36,091 nucleotides of DNA from the sequence record SRR20825006_2895. One strand, given 5' to 3'. The position numbers and the translations under genes were made by a program. Positions 19,901 through 27,886 of this stretch are shown here, one piece after another (the stretch's first letter is position 1; each line of letters opens with the position of its first letter). Under the pieces are notes generated by a model that made no database searches, was not told the DNA's origin, and worked only from the letters and a program-made list of their open reading frames with translations.

Positions 19901-20974
19901 ATGAAGTATTTCCTTATTTTATTTCTCGGAATTATTGTTGTTCTCTCATGCAGAAAGGAAAAAGTGGGCTTCGAACCTACGCCTTATGAGCTCGAAATCC
20001 CTAGTCACTTTCCAAAAATGATTATTCCAGCGGATAATCCAATGACGGTGGAAGGTGTAGAGTTGGGAAGAAAACTGTTCTACGAAAAAAGACTGAGTAA
20101 AGACAATTCCATTTCTTGTGGGAGTTGCCACGCACCAGCAAGCGCAATGAGCGATCCAAATCAGTTTTCCGAAGGTGTAAACGGACAATTGGGAAATCGA
20201 AATGCGATGGCACTCATCAACTTAGGTTGGGATAACGCATTTTTCTGGGATGGTCGAGCTAAAACACTCGAGGATCAAATTTTTGGACCTGTTACGAATC
20301 CTGTAGAAATGCACGAAACATGGCCAAATGCAGTCGCTAAACTTCAGAAAGATGTCGGATATCGAAATATGTTCTTCAAAGCTTTCGGAGAAGAAGGGAT
20401 AGATTCAGTGAAAGTGTCAAAAGCGATCGCTCAATTCGTCCGAACGATGATTTCCGGTAAATCTAAGTACGATGTAATGTACAAGTCAGAAAATGGACTC
20501 TCATTAACAGCGGAAGAACAAGCCATATACGGAACAGTAACCAATGAAGAATTTGCGGGTTATGATTTATTCAAGAGCTTAAACGGAGCTGATTGTTTTC
20601 ATTGTCACAACGGACCTTTGATGAGAATTCAAACGTACTCAAATAATGGACTTGATGCGATCTTCACAGATTTAGGAAGAGGTGAAGTTACCGGGAATGC
20701 AAGTGATAATGGAAAATTTAAGGTGCCAACATTGCGAAACATTGCAGTGTCTGGACCGTATATGCACGATGGGAGATTTCAAACACTCGATGAGGTGTTA
20801 ACACATTACTCTTTTGGAATTCAAATGAGTCCAACAATTGATCCTCTGATTGAATATGCAAGTCAAGGTGGAGTGCAGTTAGATGCGTTTGAACGCAATC
20901 TCGTTAAACTGTTTTTACACACCCTGACGGACGAAACATTTATTAATAATCCAGATTTTAAAGAGCCACAATAG
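19901..20974 (+). CDS. mbnH: Di-heme cytochrome c peroxidase/MauG-superfamily enzyme (MbnH-like lipoprotein)
   Basis: Lipobox VLSC; DNPMTVEGVELGRKLFYEKRLS; heme motifs CGSCH and CFHCH; FFWDGRA, FKVPTLRNI, PYMHDG; EVLTHY (Tyr at the expected distal-ligand position). Confidence 0.85.
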   Translation: MKYFLILFLGIIVVLSCRKEKVGFEPTPYELEIPSHFPKMIIPADNPMTVEGVELGRKLFYEKRLSKDNSISCGSCHAPASAMSDPNQFSEGVNGQLGNRNAMALINLGWDNAFFWDGRAKTLEDQIFGPVTNPVEMHETWPNAVAKLQKDVGYRNMFFKAFGEEGIDSVKVSKAIAQFVRTMISGKSKYDVMYKSENGLSLTAEEQAIYGTVTNEEFAGYDLFKSLNGADCFHCHNGPLMRIQTYSNNGLDAIFTDLGRGEVTGNASDNGKFKVPTLRNIAVSGPYMHDGRFQTLDEVLTHYSFGIQMSPTIDPLIEYASQGGVQLDAFERNLVKLFLHTLTDETFINNPDFKEPQ

Positions 20975-21010
20975 AAAAATTGAGTTTTTTTGTAGGCAAC
21001 AACTAGATCA

Positions 21011-22438
21011 ATGATTGACGAAAGAAGATTAACAACGGAAGAGAAGGCGCTAAAAGTCAATCTTACCTCAGACATTTACGGATGTTTTGCGGAGATTGGA
21101 GCAGGGCAAGAAGTAGCAGCGAATTTTTTTAAGGCAGGTGGAAGTTCAGGTACAATAGCCTATTCTCACTCGGCTTACGACATGAAGGTTTCTGATGCTA
21201 TGTATGGAGAAGCTTCAAGATACGTCTGCGAAGAACGTTTGGTAACAATGTTGTCGACAGAATACGTCGCAATGCAAAAACGTCTTCCAAATAAGTTTCG
21301 TGAATCTAGATTCTTCGCTTTTTGTAATACGGTAGAATCGCTTAATTATCATAAGTCGAATCAAGGTCAAGGTTGGGTTGGAATTCGCTTTCAAATGAAG
21401 AAGGGCGGTGAACCGAACGATATTATTTTGCACGTAAAAATGCACGATAATAGTCACAAAGGACAACAAGAATCGCTGGGAATTTTAGGTGTAAACCTTA
21501 TTCATGCCAGCTTCTTTCATACGGATGATTTAAATCAATTTTTAGATAGTTTGATCCATCGCTTGCCGAGAGATCGCATGGAAGTTGACATGATTCGCGT
21601 TTCTGGTCCGGATTTCGAAAATGTAGATAATCGCATAATTGCATTGAACTTGGTGAAACGAGGAATTACAGATGCAACAATGTTTGATTTAGCTGGAGAT
21701 GTACTTCAACCAGCAACTGCGTTATATAAAAAGAATATTTTGCTCATGCGTGGACGTTTCCGTCCAGTAACCAAAGTTCATATCGATATGATTGAACGTG
21801 GAAAAGAGCAGTTTTTGAGAGAAGAAGGCGTTACAGAGAAAGATGTTCGGGTTATTTTCGAGCTAACGCTCAAAGACCTTACCGCAGATGGAAAGATTTC
21901 TGATAAAGATTTTGTCGATCGCGCGGAACTTCTCGGAACGCTCGGTTATACTGTAATGATTTCGAATTATTTGAAGCATTACAAAATGGTCGATTATCTT
22001 TCATCGATAGCCAAAGGTTATTTCATGGGAGTGATCGTGGGAGTTTATAATTTGAACACCATTTTTGACGAACGCTATTACGACAATCTTCGCGGAGGTT
22101 TACTCGAAGCATTCGGACGAGGATTTGGACACAATGTCAAAATTTTCGTTTATCCAGCTAATAATGTTGAGACAGGAGAACTGTATTCACTCGATAATTT
22201 TGAATTAAAACAAAACTTGAGAGGACTGCTTCAATACATGGTGGACAATAATAAATTAGAGGCGATCCGAAATTATGATCAGCGATTACTCCATATCTTA
22301 TCCGACGATGTTTTGTCAAAAATCAAAGCAGACGTTTCAACATGGGAGGAAGATGTGCCTGAAGAAGTTGCGAAAGCCATTAAGTTTTATGAATTGTTTG
22401 GGTTTTCCAAAAAAGAAGTGACGGACGAACATCATTAA
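21011..22438 (+). CDS. Uncharacterised two-domain protein: CinA/PncC-like N-terminal region plus a nicotinate/nicotinamide-nucleotide adenylyltransferase-like (HxGH superfamily) C-terminal region
   Basis: FAEIGAGQEVAANFFKAGGSSGTIAYSHSAY resembles the CinA AES-TGG...GSS...AY pattern. RGRFRPVTKVHIDM resembles GxFxPx(T/H)xGH. The tail ILSDDV...WEEDVPEEVAKAIKFYELF resembles the NadD C-terminus. No signal peptide. Confidence 0.6.
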   Translation: MIDERRLTTEEKALKVNLTSDIYGCFAEIGAGQEVAANFFKAGGSSGTIAYSHSAYDMKVSDAMYGEASRYVCEERLVTMLSTEYVAMQKRLPNKFRESRFFAFCNTVESLNYHKSNQGQGWVGIRFQMKKGGEPNDIILHVKMHDNSHKGQQESLGILGVNLIHASFFHTDDLNQFLDSLIHRLPRDRMEVDMIRVSGPDFENVDNRIIALNLVKRGITDATMFDLAGDVLQPATALYKKNILLMRGRFRPVTKVHIDMIERGKEQFLREEGVTEKDVRVIFELTLKDLTADGKISDKDFVDRAELLGTLGYTVMISNYLKHYKMVDYLSSIAKGYFMGVIVGVYNLNTIFDERYYDNLRGGLLEAFGRGFGHNVKIFVYPANNVETGELYSLDNFELKQNLRGLLQYMVDNNKLEAIRNYDQRLLHILSDDVLSKIKADVSTWEEDVPEEVAKAIKFYELFGFSKKEVTDEHH

Positions 22439-22443
22439 TTGCC

Positions 22444-23439
22444 ATGCCGCACATTAAGAATGCACTTATTCGCTATCGGATTATTGACAAATGTATTAGA
22501 AACAAGTACAATCCTTTTCCAACAAAGGAAGATCTAAGACAGGCGTGTGAAGATTCGCTCTTCGGAAGTACCGATGGTCAGCATATTTGTGATTCTACGA
22601 TTGAAAAAGATTTATTTGCCATGAAAATGGATCACGATGCTCCGATTAAGTACAGTCGATCGCATCATGGTTATTATTACAAAGATCCAGACTTTTCCAT
22701 CAACGATATTCCGCTCACCGAAGACGATTTAAGTTCCATTAGTTTTGCTGCAAAAACGCTCATGCAATTCAGAGATGTTGATTTATTCAAACAGTTCGGA
22801 AGTGCAATCGATAAAATATTTGATCGAGTTGAGGTCTCCAAAGACAGCGAAGCGGAAGAATTTATCCAATTCGAAAAATCAACTTCCGACGGTGGAAACG
22901 AGTATTTGTCTCCGCTATTGGATGCAATCAAACAATCATTGTGGGTTACGTTCGACTATACAAGTTTTGTTTCAGGTCAAACGAAATCGCGAAAAGTATT
23001 GCCGTTGTTATTGAAAGAATACCGAAATCGTTGGTACCTCATTTCTTTTGACAACGATAAATCAGATTTTATCACCTACGCTCTGGACCGAATGACCGAA
23101 TTGATCGTTACGAGCGAGTTAGGAACAAAACCAGAAGGCTTCAAACCAGACAATTTTTTTAAGTATTCGGTGGGAATAACTAGCGGAAACACAGATCCAG
23201 AAGAAATTGTATTTGAAGCAAAAATTGTCGCTGCGAAGTACATCGCGTCGCAACCTTTCCATTCTTCCCAAGAAGTTGTTAGAGAAACAAAAACTAACGT
23301 TCGTTTTCGACTAAGGGCCAATGTTTCGGAAGAACTCATTCGTGGAATGCTGAGTTACGGCGGAGAAATAAACGTTGTTGCCCCGAAATCATTGCGTAAA
23401 GAGATTCATTCTCGAGCAAAAGCAATTTTGGGGAGTTAG
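22444..23439 (+). CDS. WYL-domain transcriptional regulator (wHTH-WYL-WCX; YafY/PafBC-like)
   Basis: N-terminal NALIRYRIIDKC...TIEKDL...GYYY; PLLLKEYRNRWYL; YALDRM; C-terminal PFHSSQ...LSYGGEINVVAPKSLR. Confidence 0.93.
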   Translation: MPHIKNALIRYRIIDKCIRNKYNPFPTKEDLRQACEDSLFGSTDGQHICDSTIEKDLFAMKMDHDAPIKYSRSHHGYYYKDPDFSINDIPLTEDDLSSISFAAKTLMQFRDVDLFKQFGSAIDKIFDRVEVSKDSEAEEFIQFEKSTSDGGNEYLSPLLDAIKQSLWVTFDYTSFVSGQTKSRKVLPLLLKEYRNRWYLISFDNDKSDFITYALDRMTELIVTSELGTKPEGFKPDNFFKYSVGITSGNTDPEEIVFEAKIVAAKYIASQPFHSSQEVVRETKTNVRFRLRANVSEELIRGMLSYGGEINVVAPKSLRKEIHSRAKAILGS

Positions 23440-23540
23440 CTAACTTCAAATTTGGATTTTAAATGTGCCGTAATTATTCTAATGAAACAGCAAATTTCTT
23501 TGATCCAAATTAAACTAACCCCTAGATTCAAAATTAGATT

Positions 23541-24224
23541 ATGAATTGGTTTACCATTGTTATGTTTTCTGTAATGATTGGAGTTAGAATTATTCAACAC
23601 CTTCTAAGTGTTAAGGAGAATAAAGTGTCGGCTAAAAATCTTAGTAACGCGAATATTAAGGAAGCTGAAAGACTAATTTCAAAGAGAGAAATACGCACTG
23701 ATCTGATTGAGTTTGAGGAATTCAGGTTTTGGGACTTGATGGATCAAATTCATGTTAGAAGTGGAGCTAGTTTTAAAAATAGTTTAGGCGTCTTTCGTGA
23801 TCTAATCAGAAAATTCTCGGCGCAAGAATTAATTCAATTGGATAATTTACTTTATCGATTGTTTAGAGAGAATTTGAGTTATGATATCTATGCAGCTTCA
23901 ACGATCATTTTTAGAACTGAGAGTTTATTGGCTTCAAAACTTCTAATGGACCTTTTAATGACTCGCGGCGAAGTTTTTTTCAAGAATGCATGTATCAATC
24001 CCAATTTGATTGTAGGCAAGGAGTTTACAGATATTACTGACAACGATTTTCGGAATGTAATCTTCGACATTTATTATAAAAAGTCTAAAACGTTTATACC
24101 ATTTATTGAGGAAGACAATATTTATTCAATGGAGATGTCCGGGAATCCATGGACGGAAGAGGAATTACCAAATAGATACCCTGAATTGTGGTTTGCTTTC
24201 GTTGAAGTAGATGGGCTAGAATGA
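23541..24224 (+). CDS. Hypothetical protein with an N-terminal membrane anchor and a DUF4240-like domain
   Basis: Hydrophobic N-terminus; EFRFWDLMD, LMTRGEVFFKNACINP and WTEEELPNRYPELW resemble DUF4240. Confidence 0.6.
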   Translation: MNWFTIVMFSVMIGVRIIQHLLSVKENKVSAKNLSNANIKEAERLISKREIRTDLIEFEEFRFWDLMDQIHVRSGASFKNSLGVFRDLIRKFSAQELIQLDNLLYRLFRENLSYDIYAASTIIFRTESLLASKLLMDLLMTRGEVFFKNACINPNLIVGKEFTDITDNDFRNVIFDIYYKKSKTFIPFIEEDNIYSMEMSGNPWTEEELPNRYPELWFAFVEVDGLE

Positions 24225-24271
24225 ACGTTTTCGCTGTAGTATATCGGGTATTAATTGTAGCTTAAATAAAA

Positions 24272-24303
24272 TTTGGAAGTAGTTACCTAATTAGGTAACT
24301 TTG
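24272..24303 (+). promoter_or_regulatory. Toxin-antitoxin promoter (-33 TTTG, 20-nt spacer, -7 TAACTTTG) containing a perfect 20-bp palindromic operator
   Basis: TTTG at 24272-24275, TAACTTTG at 24296-24303, palindrome AGTTACCTAATTAGGTAACT at 24281-24300. Confidence 0.85.
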
Positions 24304-24330
24304 TTGTTGAATGAAATAATCAAGGCCACG

Positions 24331-24672
24331 TTGAGTGATTTTAAAAGAGGAATAGAAGTGTATGGTGATCACTTTTGGGACTTTTACAGTAAACAATCTG
24401 TAAAAGTTCAAGAAAAAATGGATTGGACAATTACCTTAATTCAAACGACTCGAGTAGTTCCCGAAAAATTTTTAAAGCACTTGACGAACACTGATGGGTT
24501 ATGGGAAATTAGAGTTACGGCGGGTAATGGGATATTTCGAATATTTTGTTTTTTCGATCAGGGAAACATAGTTGTTCTTTTAAGTGGATTTCAAAAGAAG
24601 ACACAAAAAACACCCCGATCTGAAATCGCGAGAGCTGAAAAACTAAAAAAAGAGTATTATGACGACAAATAA
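24331..24672 (+). CDS. Type II toxin, RelE/ParE superfamily (HigB/Gp49-like)
   Basis: KFLKHLTNTDGLWEIRV...FRIFCFFD...LLSGFQKKTQKTPRSEI. Start moved to the in-frame TTG at 24331 because the TTG at 24301 is inside the -7 element. Confidence 0.9.
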   Translation: MSDFKRGIEVYGDHFWDFYSKQSVKVQEKMDWTITLIQTTRVVPEKFLKHLTNTDGLWEIRVTAGNGIFRIFCFFDQGNIVVLLSGFQKKTQKTPRSEIARAEKLKKEYYDDK

Positions 24673-24961
24673 AAATACAACTAGCTGGGATGCGCATCTG
24701 GACAAAAAATACGGACAGAGGGGCACGGATAAGCGAGAGGAGTTTCAAGAAGATTTCGAGGCGTTCAAAATTGGCGTCTTAATTCAAGAGGCGAGAAAGA
24801 GTAAAAATCTTACGCAACAACAACTCGCAGATAAAGTCGGAACAACGAAGAATTATATTTCCCGAATTGAGAACAACGCGAGTGACATCCGACTATCAAC
24901 ACTAATGCGGATTATCCGTGAAGGATTAGATGGAACTTTAAAGTTGTCGCTGGATGTGTAA
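24659..24961 (+). CDS. XRE-family HTH antitoxin (HigA-like)
   Basis: IQEARKSKNLTQQQLADKVGTTKNYISRIEN; overlaps the toxin gene by 14 nt. Confidence 0.92.
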   Translation: MTTNKNTTSWDAHLDKKYGQRGTDKREEFQEDFEAFKIGVLIQEARKSKNLTQQQLADKVGTTKNYISRIENNASDIRLSTLMRIIREGLDGTLKLSLDV

Positions 24962-25061
24962 GAAGGAAAAATGACAAGTATCACATATAGGAAAAACAAA
25001 GAGTTTTATTCGATAGTATGTGTCAAACATTGTGTCAACCAGAAAAGTGCCTAAAAATTGT

Positions 25062-25610
25062 ATGAGAAATATATTGTTAGTTTTCGTTCTTATCATTCTT
25101 AACTCTTGTTTTGGGCAGAATGAGATTTCTCAATCCGTCACGTTGTTTAAAGTTTGTAGAGATGAGTCTAACCCAATTCTTCCTGTTTTTCCGAATTGCG
25201 GATATGCAAATGAGCATGGAGATACCATTATACCAGTGGGGTTGTATGTTGCTTGCTTTAGTAATGAACTTGTTGACTTTGCCATCGTCTTAACAGATAC
25301 ATCCTCTTTACCATTAGCCGTAAATCGGGCGGGTGAAGTATTGTTTTCGGTCATGTGGTTAAAAGGTGATGGTTGGCCTGATGAATTACATGAGGACAGG
25401 ATCCGAATTGTTGAAAATGGTAAAATTGGATATGCAAATCAACATGGGGTAGTGGTTATAAGACCTCAATTTTCCTGTGCCAGCTCATTTCAGAACGGAA
25501 GCGCTAGAGTAGCTTATGACTGTGGAATTGAAATGATTGACGACGAGCATTTTAGAGATGCATCGGAGTCCTGGATATATATTGATGAAAATGGAGTAGA
25601 GATTAAGTAA
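25062..25610 (+). CDS. WG-repeat-containing exported protein
   Basis: Signal peptide from the ATG at 25062 (MRNILLVFVLIILNSCFGQ); repeats CGYANEHGDTIIP, KIGYANQHGVVVIRPQF..ASSFQNG.ARV and YIDENG. Confidence 0.8.
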   Translation: MRNILLVFVLIILNSCFGQNEISQSVTLFKVCRDESNPILPVFPNCGYANEHGDTIIPVGLYVACFSNELVDFAIVLTDTSSLPLAVNRAGEVLFSVMWLKGDGWPDELHEDRIRIVENGKIGYANQHGVVVIRPQFSCASSFQNGSARVAYDCGIEMIDDEHFRDASESWIYIDENGVEIK

Positions 25611-25947
25611 TCAACGCACTGTTTTCCTATATTTACCGCTCAATGACCGAGTTTGTTAACAGCAAGCACCACCTTTGTAATGGTCTTTTAAACAACGCTT
25701 TACCAACTAAAGTGGTAATTAGCGAGAACTAAGTTGAAGTGCTTTCTCGCGTTGACGTAGTTTATTCTTTAGCGAAGGATAAAATTAAGTTCGAATCAAG
25801 AAATTGAAGAGAGAACTTATTTGTTTTTGAGACCAACCAATTTTCTCAATAGGAAAAGGGTAAAGGACACTTCAAAAACGTCAACAATCCCTCCATCTTC
25901 CTGTCCTAAAAACTCAAATTCTATTAACTTTATCCAAAAACTCAGAA

Positions 25948-26721
25948 ATGGAAATTAGTGTCTCAACCGCAAACGGCGTATGTGAAATCAAACTCAATCG
26001 TCCTGAAGTATTTAATTCGTTCAACAAACAAATGGCACTTGCGCTGCAAAATGCACTCGATGATTGTGAAAAGGACACTGAAATTAGAGCAATTATCATC
26101 ACGGGAGAGGGAAAAGCATTTTGTGCTGGTCAAGATTTGGCTGAAGCAACAGATCCAAACGGTCCACCGCTAGACAGTATCGTGCGTGATCATTACAATC
26201 CAATTATTCTACGTATTCGTGAAATCGAGAAGCCAATTATTGCTGCCGTGAATGGCGTAGCTGCGGGTGCAGGAGCGAATATTGCTTTGGCATGCGACAT
26301 TACTTTTGCAAAAGAAAGTGCGAGTTTTATCCAAGCCTTTTCAAAAATTGGGTTGATCCCAGATTCTGGAGGAACATTCTTCTTGCCACGCATCATCGGA
26401 ATGCAAAAAGCATTAGCGCTTATGTATACAGGCGATAAAGTTTCAGCGAAAGATGCCGAAGCGATGAATATGATTTATAAAGTAGTTGCAGACGACGCAC
26501 TCGAAACAGAGGTTAGAGCGTTTGCTGAAAATCTAGCGAAAATGCCAACTCGTGGACTTGGTTTAACGAAAAAAGCAGTGAACGCAAGTTGGACAAACGA
26601 CTTGAAAACACAATTAGACCTCGAAGAGACACTTCAAACAGAAGCTGGAGCAACGTATGATTTCAAAGAAGGAGTAACGGCATTCATGGAGAAAAGAAAA
26701 CCTGAGTTTAAGGGAGAATAG
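25948..26721 (+). CDS. paaG: Enoyl-CoA hydratase/isomerase, PaaG-like (ring-1,2-epoxyphenylacetyl-CoA isomerase)
   Basis: LNRPEVFNSF, AFCAGQDL, HYNPII, AVNGVAAGAGANIALACD and FIQAFSKIGLIPDSGGTFFLPR (PaaG-type Asp). Confidence 0.8.
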   Translation: MEISVSTANGVCEIKLNRPEVFNSFNKQMALALQNALDDCEKDTEIRAIIITGEGKAFCAGQDLAEATDPNGPPLDSIVRDHYNPIILRIREIEKPIIAAVNGVAAGAGANIALACDITFAKESASFIQAFSKIGLIPDSGGTFFLPRIIGMQKALALMYTGDKVSAKDAEAMNMIYKVVADDALETEVRAFAENLAKMPTRGLGLTKKAVNASWTNDLKTQLDLEETLQTEAGATYDFKEGVTAFMEKRKPEFKGE

Positions 26722-26732
26722 TTTTTTGAAAA

Positions 26733-27866
26733 ATGAGAAAATTCTATAAATACCTATTTATAATAGCAGGAAGTTGTCTGTTTTCAACGGATTCTTTCTC
26801 GCAAGGATCAGAAGTAAACCCATACAATCCACTATTATTGATCCCGTATAACGCTAATGGAAAATGGGGAGCGTCTGACACTCTTGGTAATCTAATTGTA
26901 GAACCTAGGTTCGATAGAATGGACTTCTTTAGTAAAATTTCGGACGATTTTTTTATTTCAACGGTGTCAATAGCTCAAAATTCAAATCAATACGTACATA
27001 ATATTGGAATGCGCTGTCCTGAAAATTTGGGACTGTATTATGGAAGAGAATTACGACTTTTGGAAGCGAAAGTTTCTATCGTTCGAACCAATGAAGGTAG
27101 ATTTGGATTGTACAATTTTGAACATGAAAAATTCCTAATAGATACTACCTGTTTCAAGTTTGATTATTCAACAGCAGATCCAAATAGGATATTCTATCTA
27201 ACGTCTGAGAATTCCGTAGTTTATTTCAATTTGGCGGATTCTAAAATAGAAGCGACTCAATACGTCGATTTTGTCTCAAATGTTGAAATAAACACAAGCG
27301 GATTCAGAACAAAAAATGTATCGTGTTTTAAAAAGATGAATACTTGGTATTACTGGTCAAATGAACAGCTCGTTGAAGTTCCATCAAATGTGTTGGATGA
27401 GAAGGGTGTGCCCGTAAAAGCGCCCGTTTATGGCTTTGAAGTGTTGGACTCGCGATCAAACAGACCAAGATTTCAGGAAGGATTAAACTTAATGGAGAAA
27501 TCAAAACACGGGAACTTTTTTGGACCTTCCATCAGTATTCCTGGTGATCAGAATTATTTCGTAGTCAGTTCAAAAGGGAAGTTTGGCGTCATCAACGAAA
27601 ATGACGAGCTTTATTTACCTGTAATCTATGATGATATAACGATTGATTATGATTTGGCATTGTTTAAATTAGCATCCAATAATGTTCAAGGTATGAAAAT
27701 GCTCAGGACACATTATCCAGCAATTGAGCCCAAGTATGAAACACTTGATTATAGAAAAACGCTAGCAGTTAACTCCAATTGGACCTTTGCTGTTTTTGAA
27801 GGAACATATAAAGGGAAAAAGGTATTTGTAGGCGAGAATGGAATAGAATATTACAAAATTGATTAA
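26733..27866 (+). CDS. Exported protein with degenerate WG repeats
   Basis: Signal peptide; GKWGASDTLGNLIVEPRFD, GRFGLYN and GKFGVINENDELYLPVIYDDI; ends FVGENGIEYY. Confidence 0.7.
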   Translation: MRKFYKYLFIIAGSCLFSTDSFSQGSEVNPYNPLLLIPYNANGKWGASDTLGNLIVEPRFDRMDFFSKISDDFFISTVSIAQNSNQYVHNIGMRCPENLGLYYGRELRLLEAKVSIVRTNEGRFGLYNFEHEKFLIDTTCFKFDYSTADPNRIFYLTSENSVVYFNLADSKIEATQYVDFVSNVEINTSGFRTKNVSCFKKMNTWYYWSNEQLVEVPSNVLDEKGVPVKAPVYGFEVLDSRSNRPRFQEGLNLMEKSKHGNFFGPSISIPGDQNYFVVSSKGKFGVINENDELYLPVIYDDITIDYDLALFKLASNNVQGMKMLRTHYPAIEPKYETLDYRKTLAVNSNWTFAVFEGTYKGKKVFVGENGIEYYKID

Positions 27867-27886
27867 TCACACTAAGGAAATATAGC

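Noticed and set aside
21011..22438. Possible TonB-dependent receptor completing the mbnPH locus
   Set aside because: No signal peptide, too short, alpha/beta cytoplasmic-type sequence and no beta-barrel pattern.
24301..24330. ORF-track start of the toxin
   Set aside because: The TTG at 24301 is part of the -7 promoter element, so it is unlikely to be in the transcript.
23440..25947. Prophage or mobile element around the TA module
   Set aside because: No integrase, transposase, phage structural genes, att-like direct repeats or terminal inverted repeats were found.
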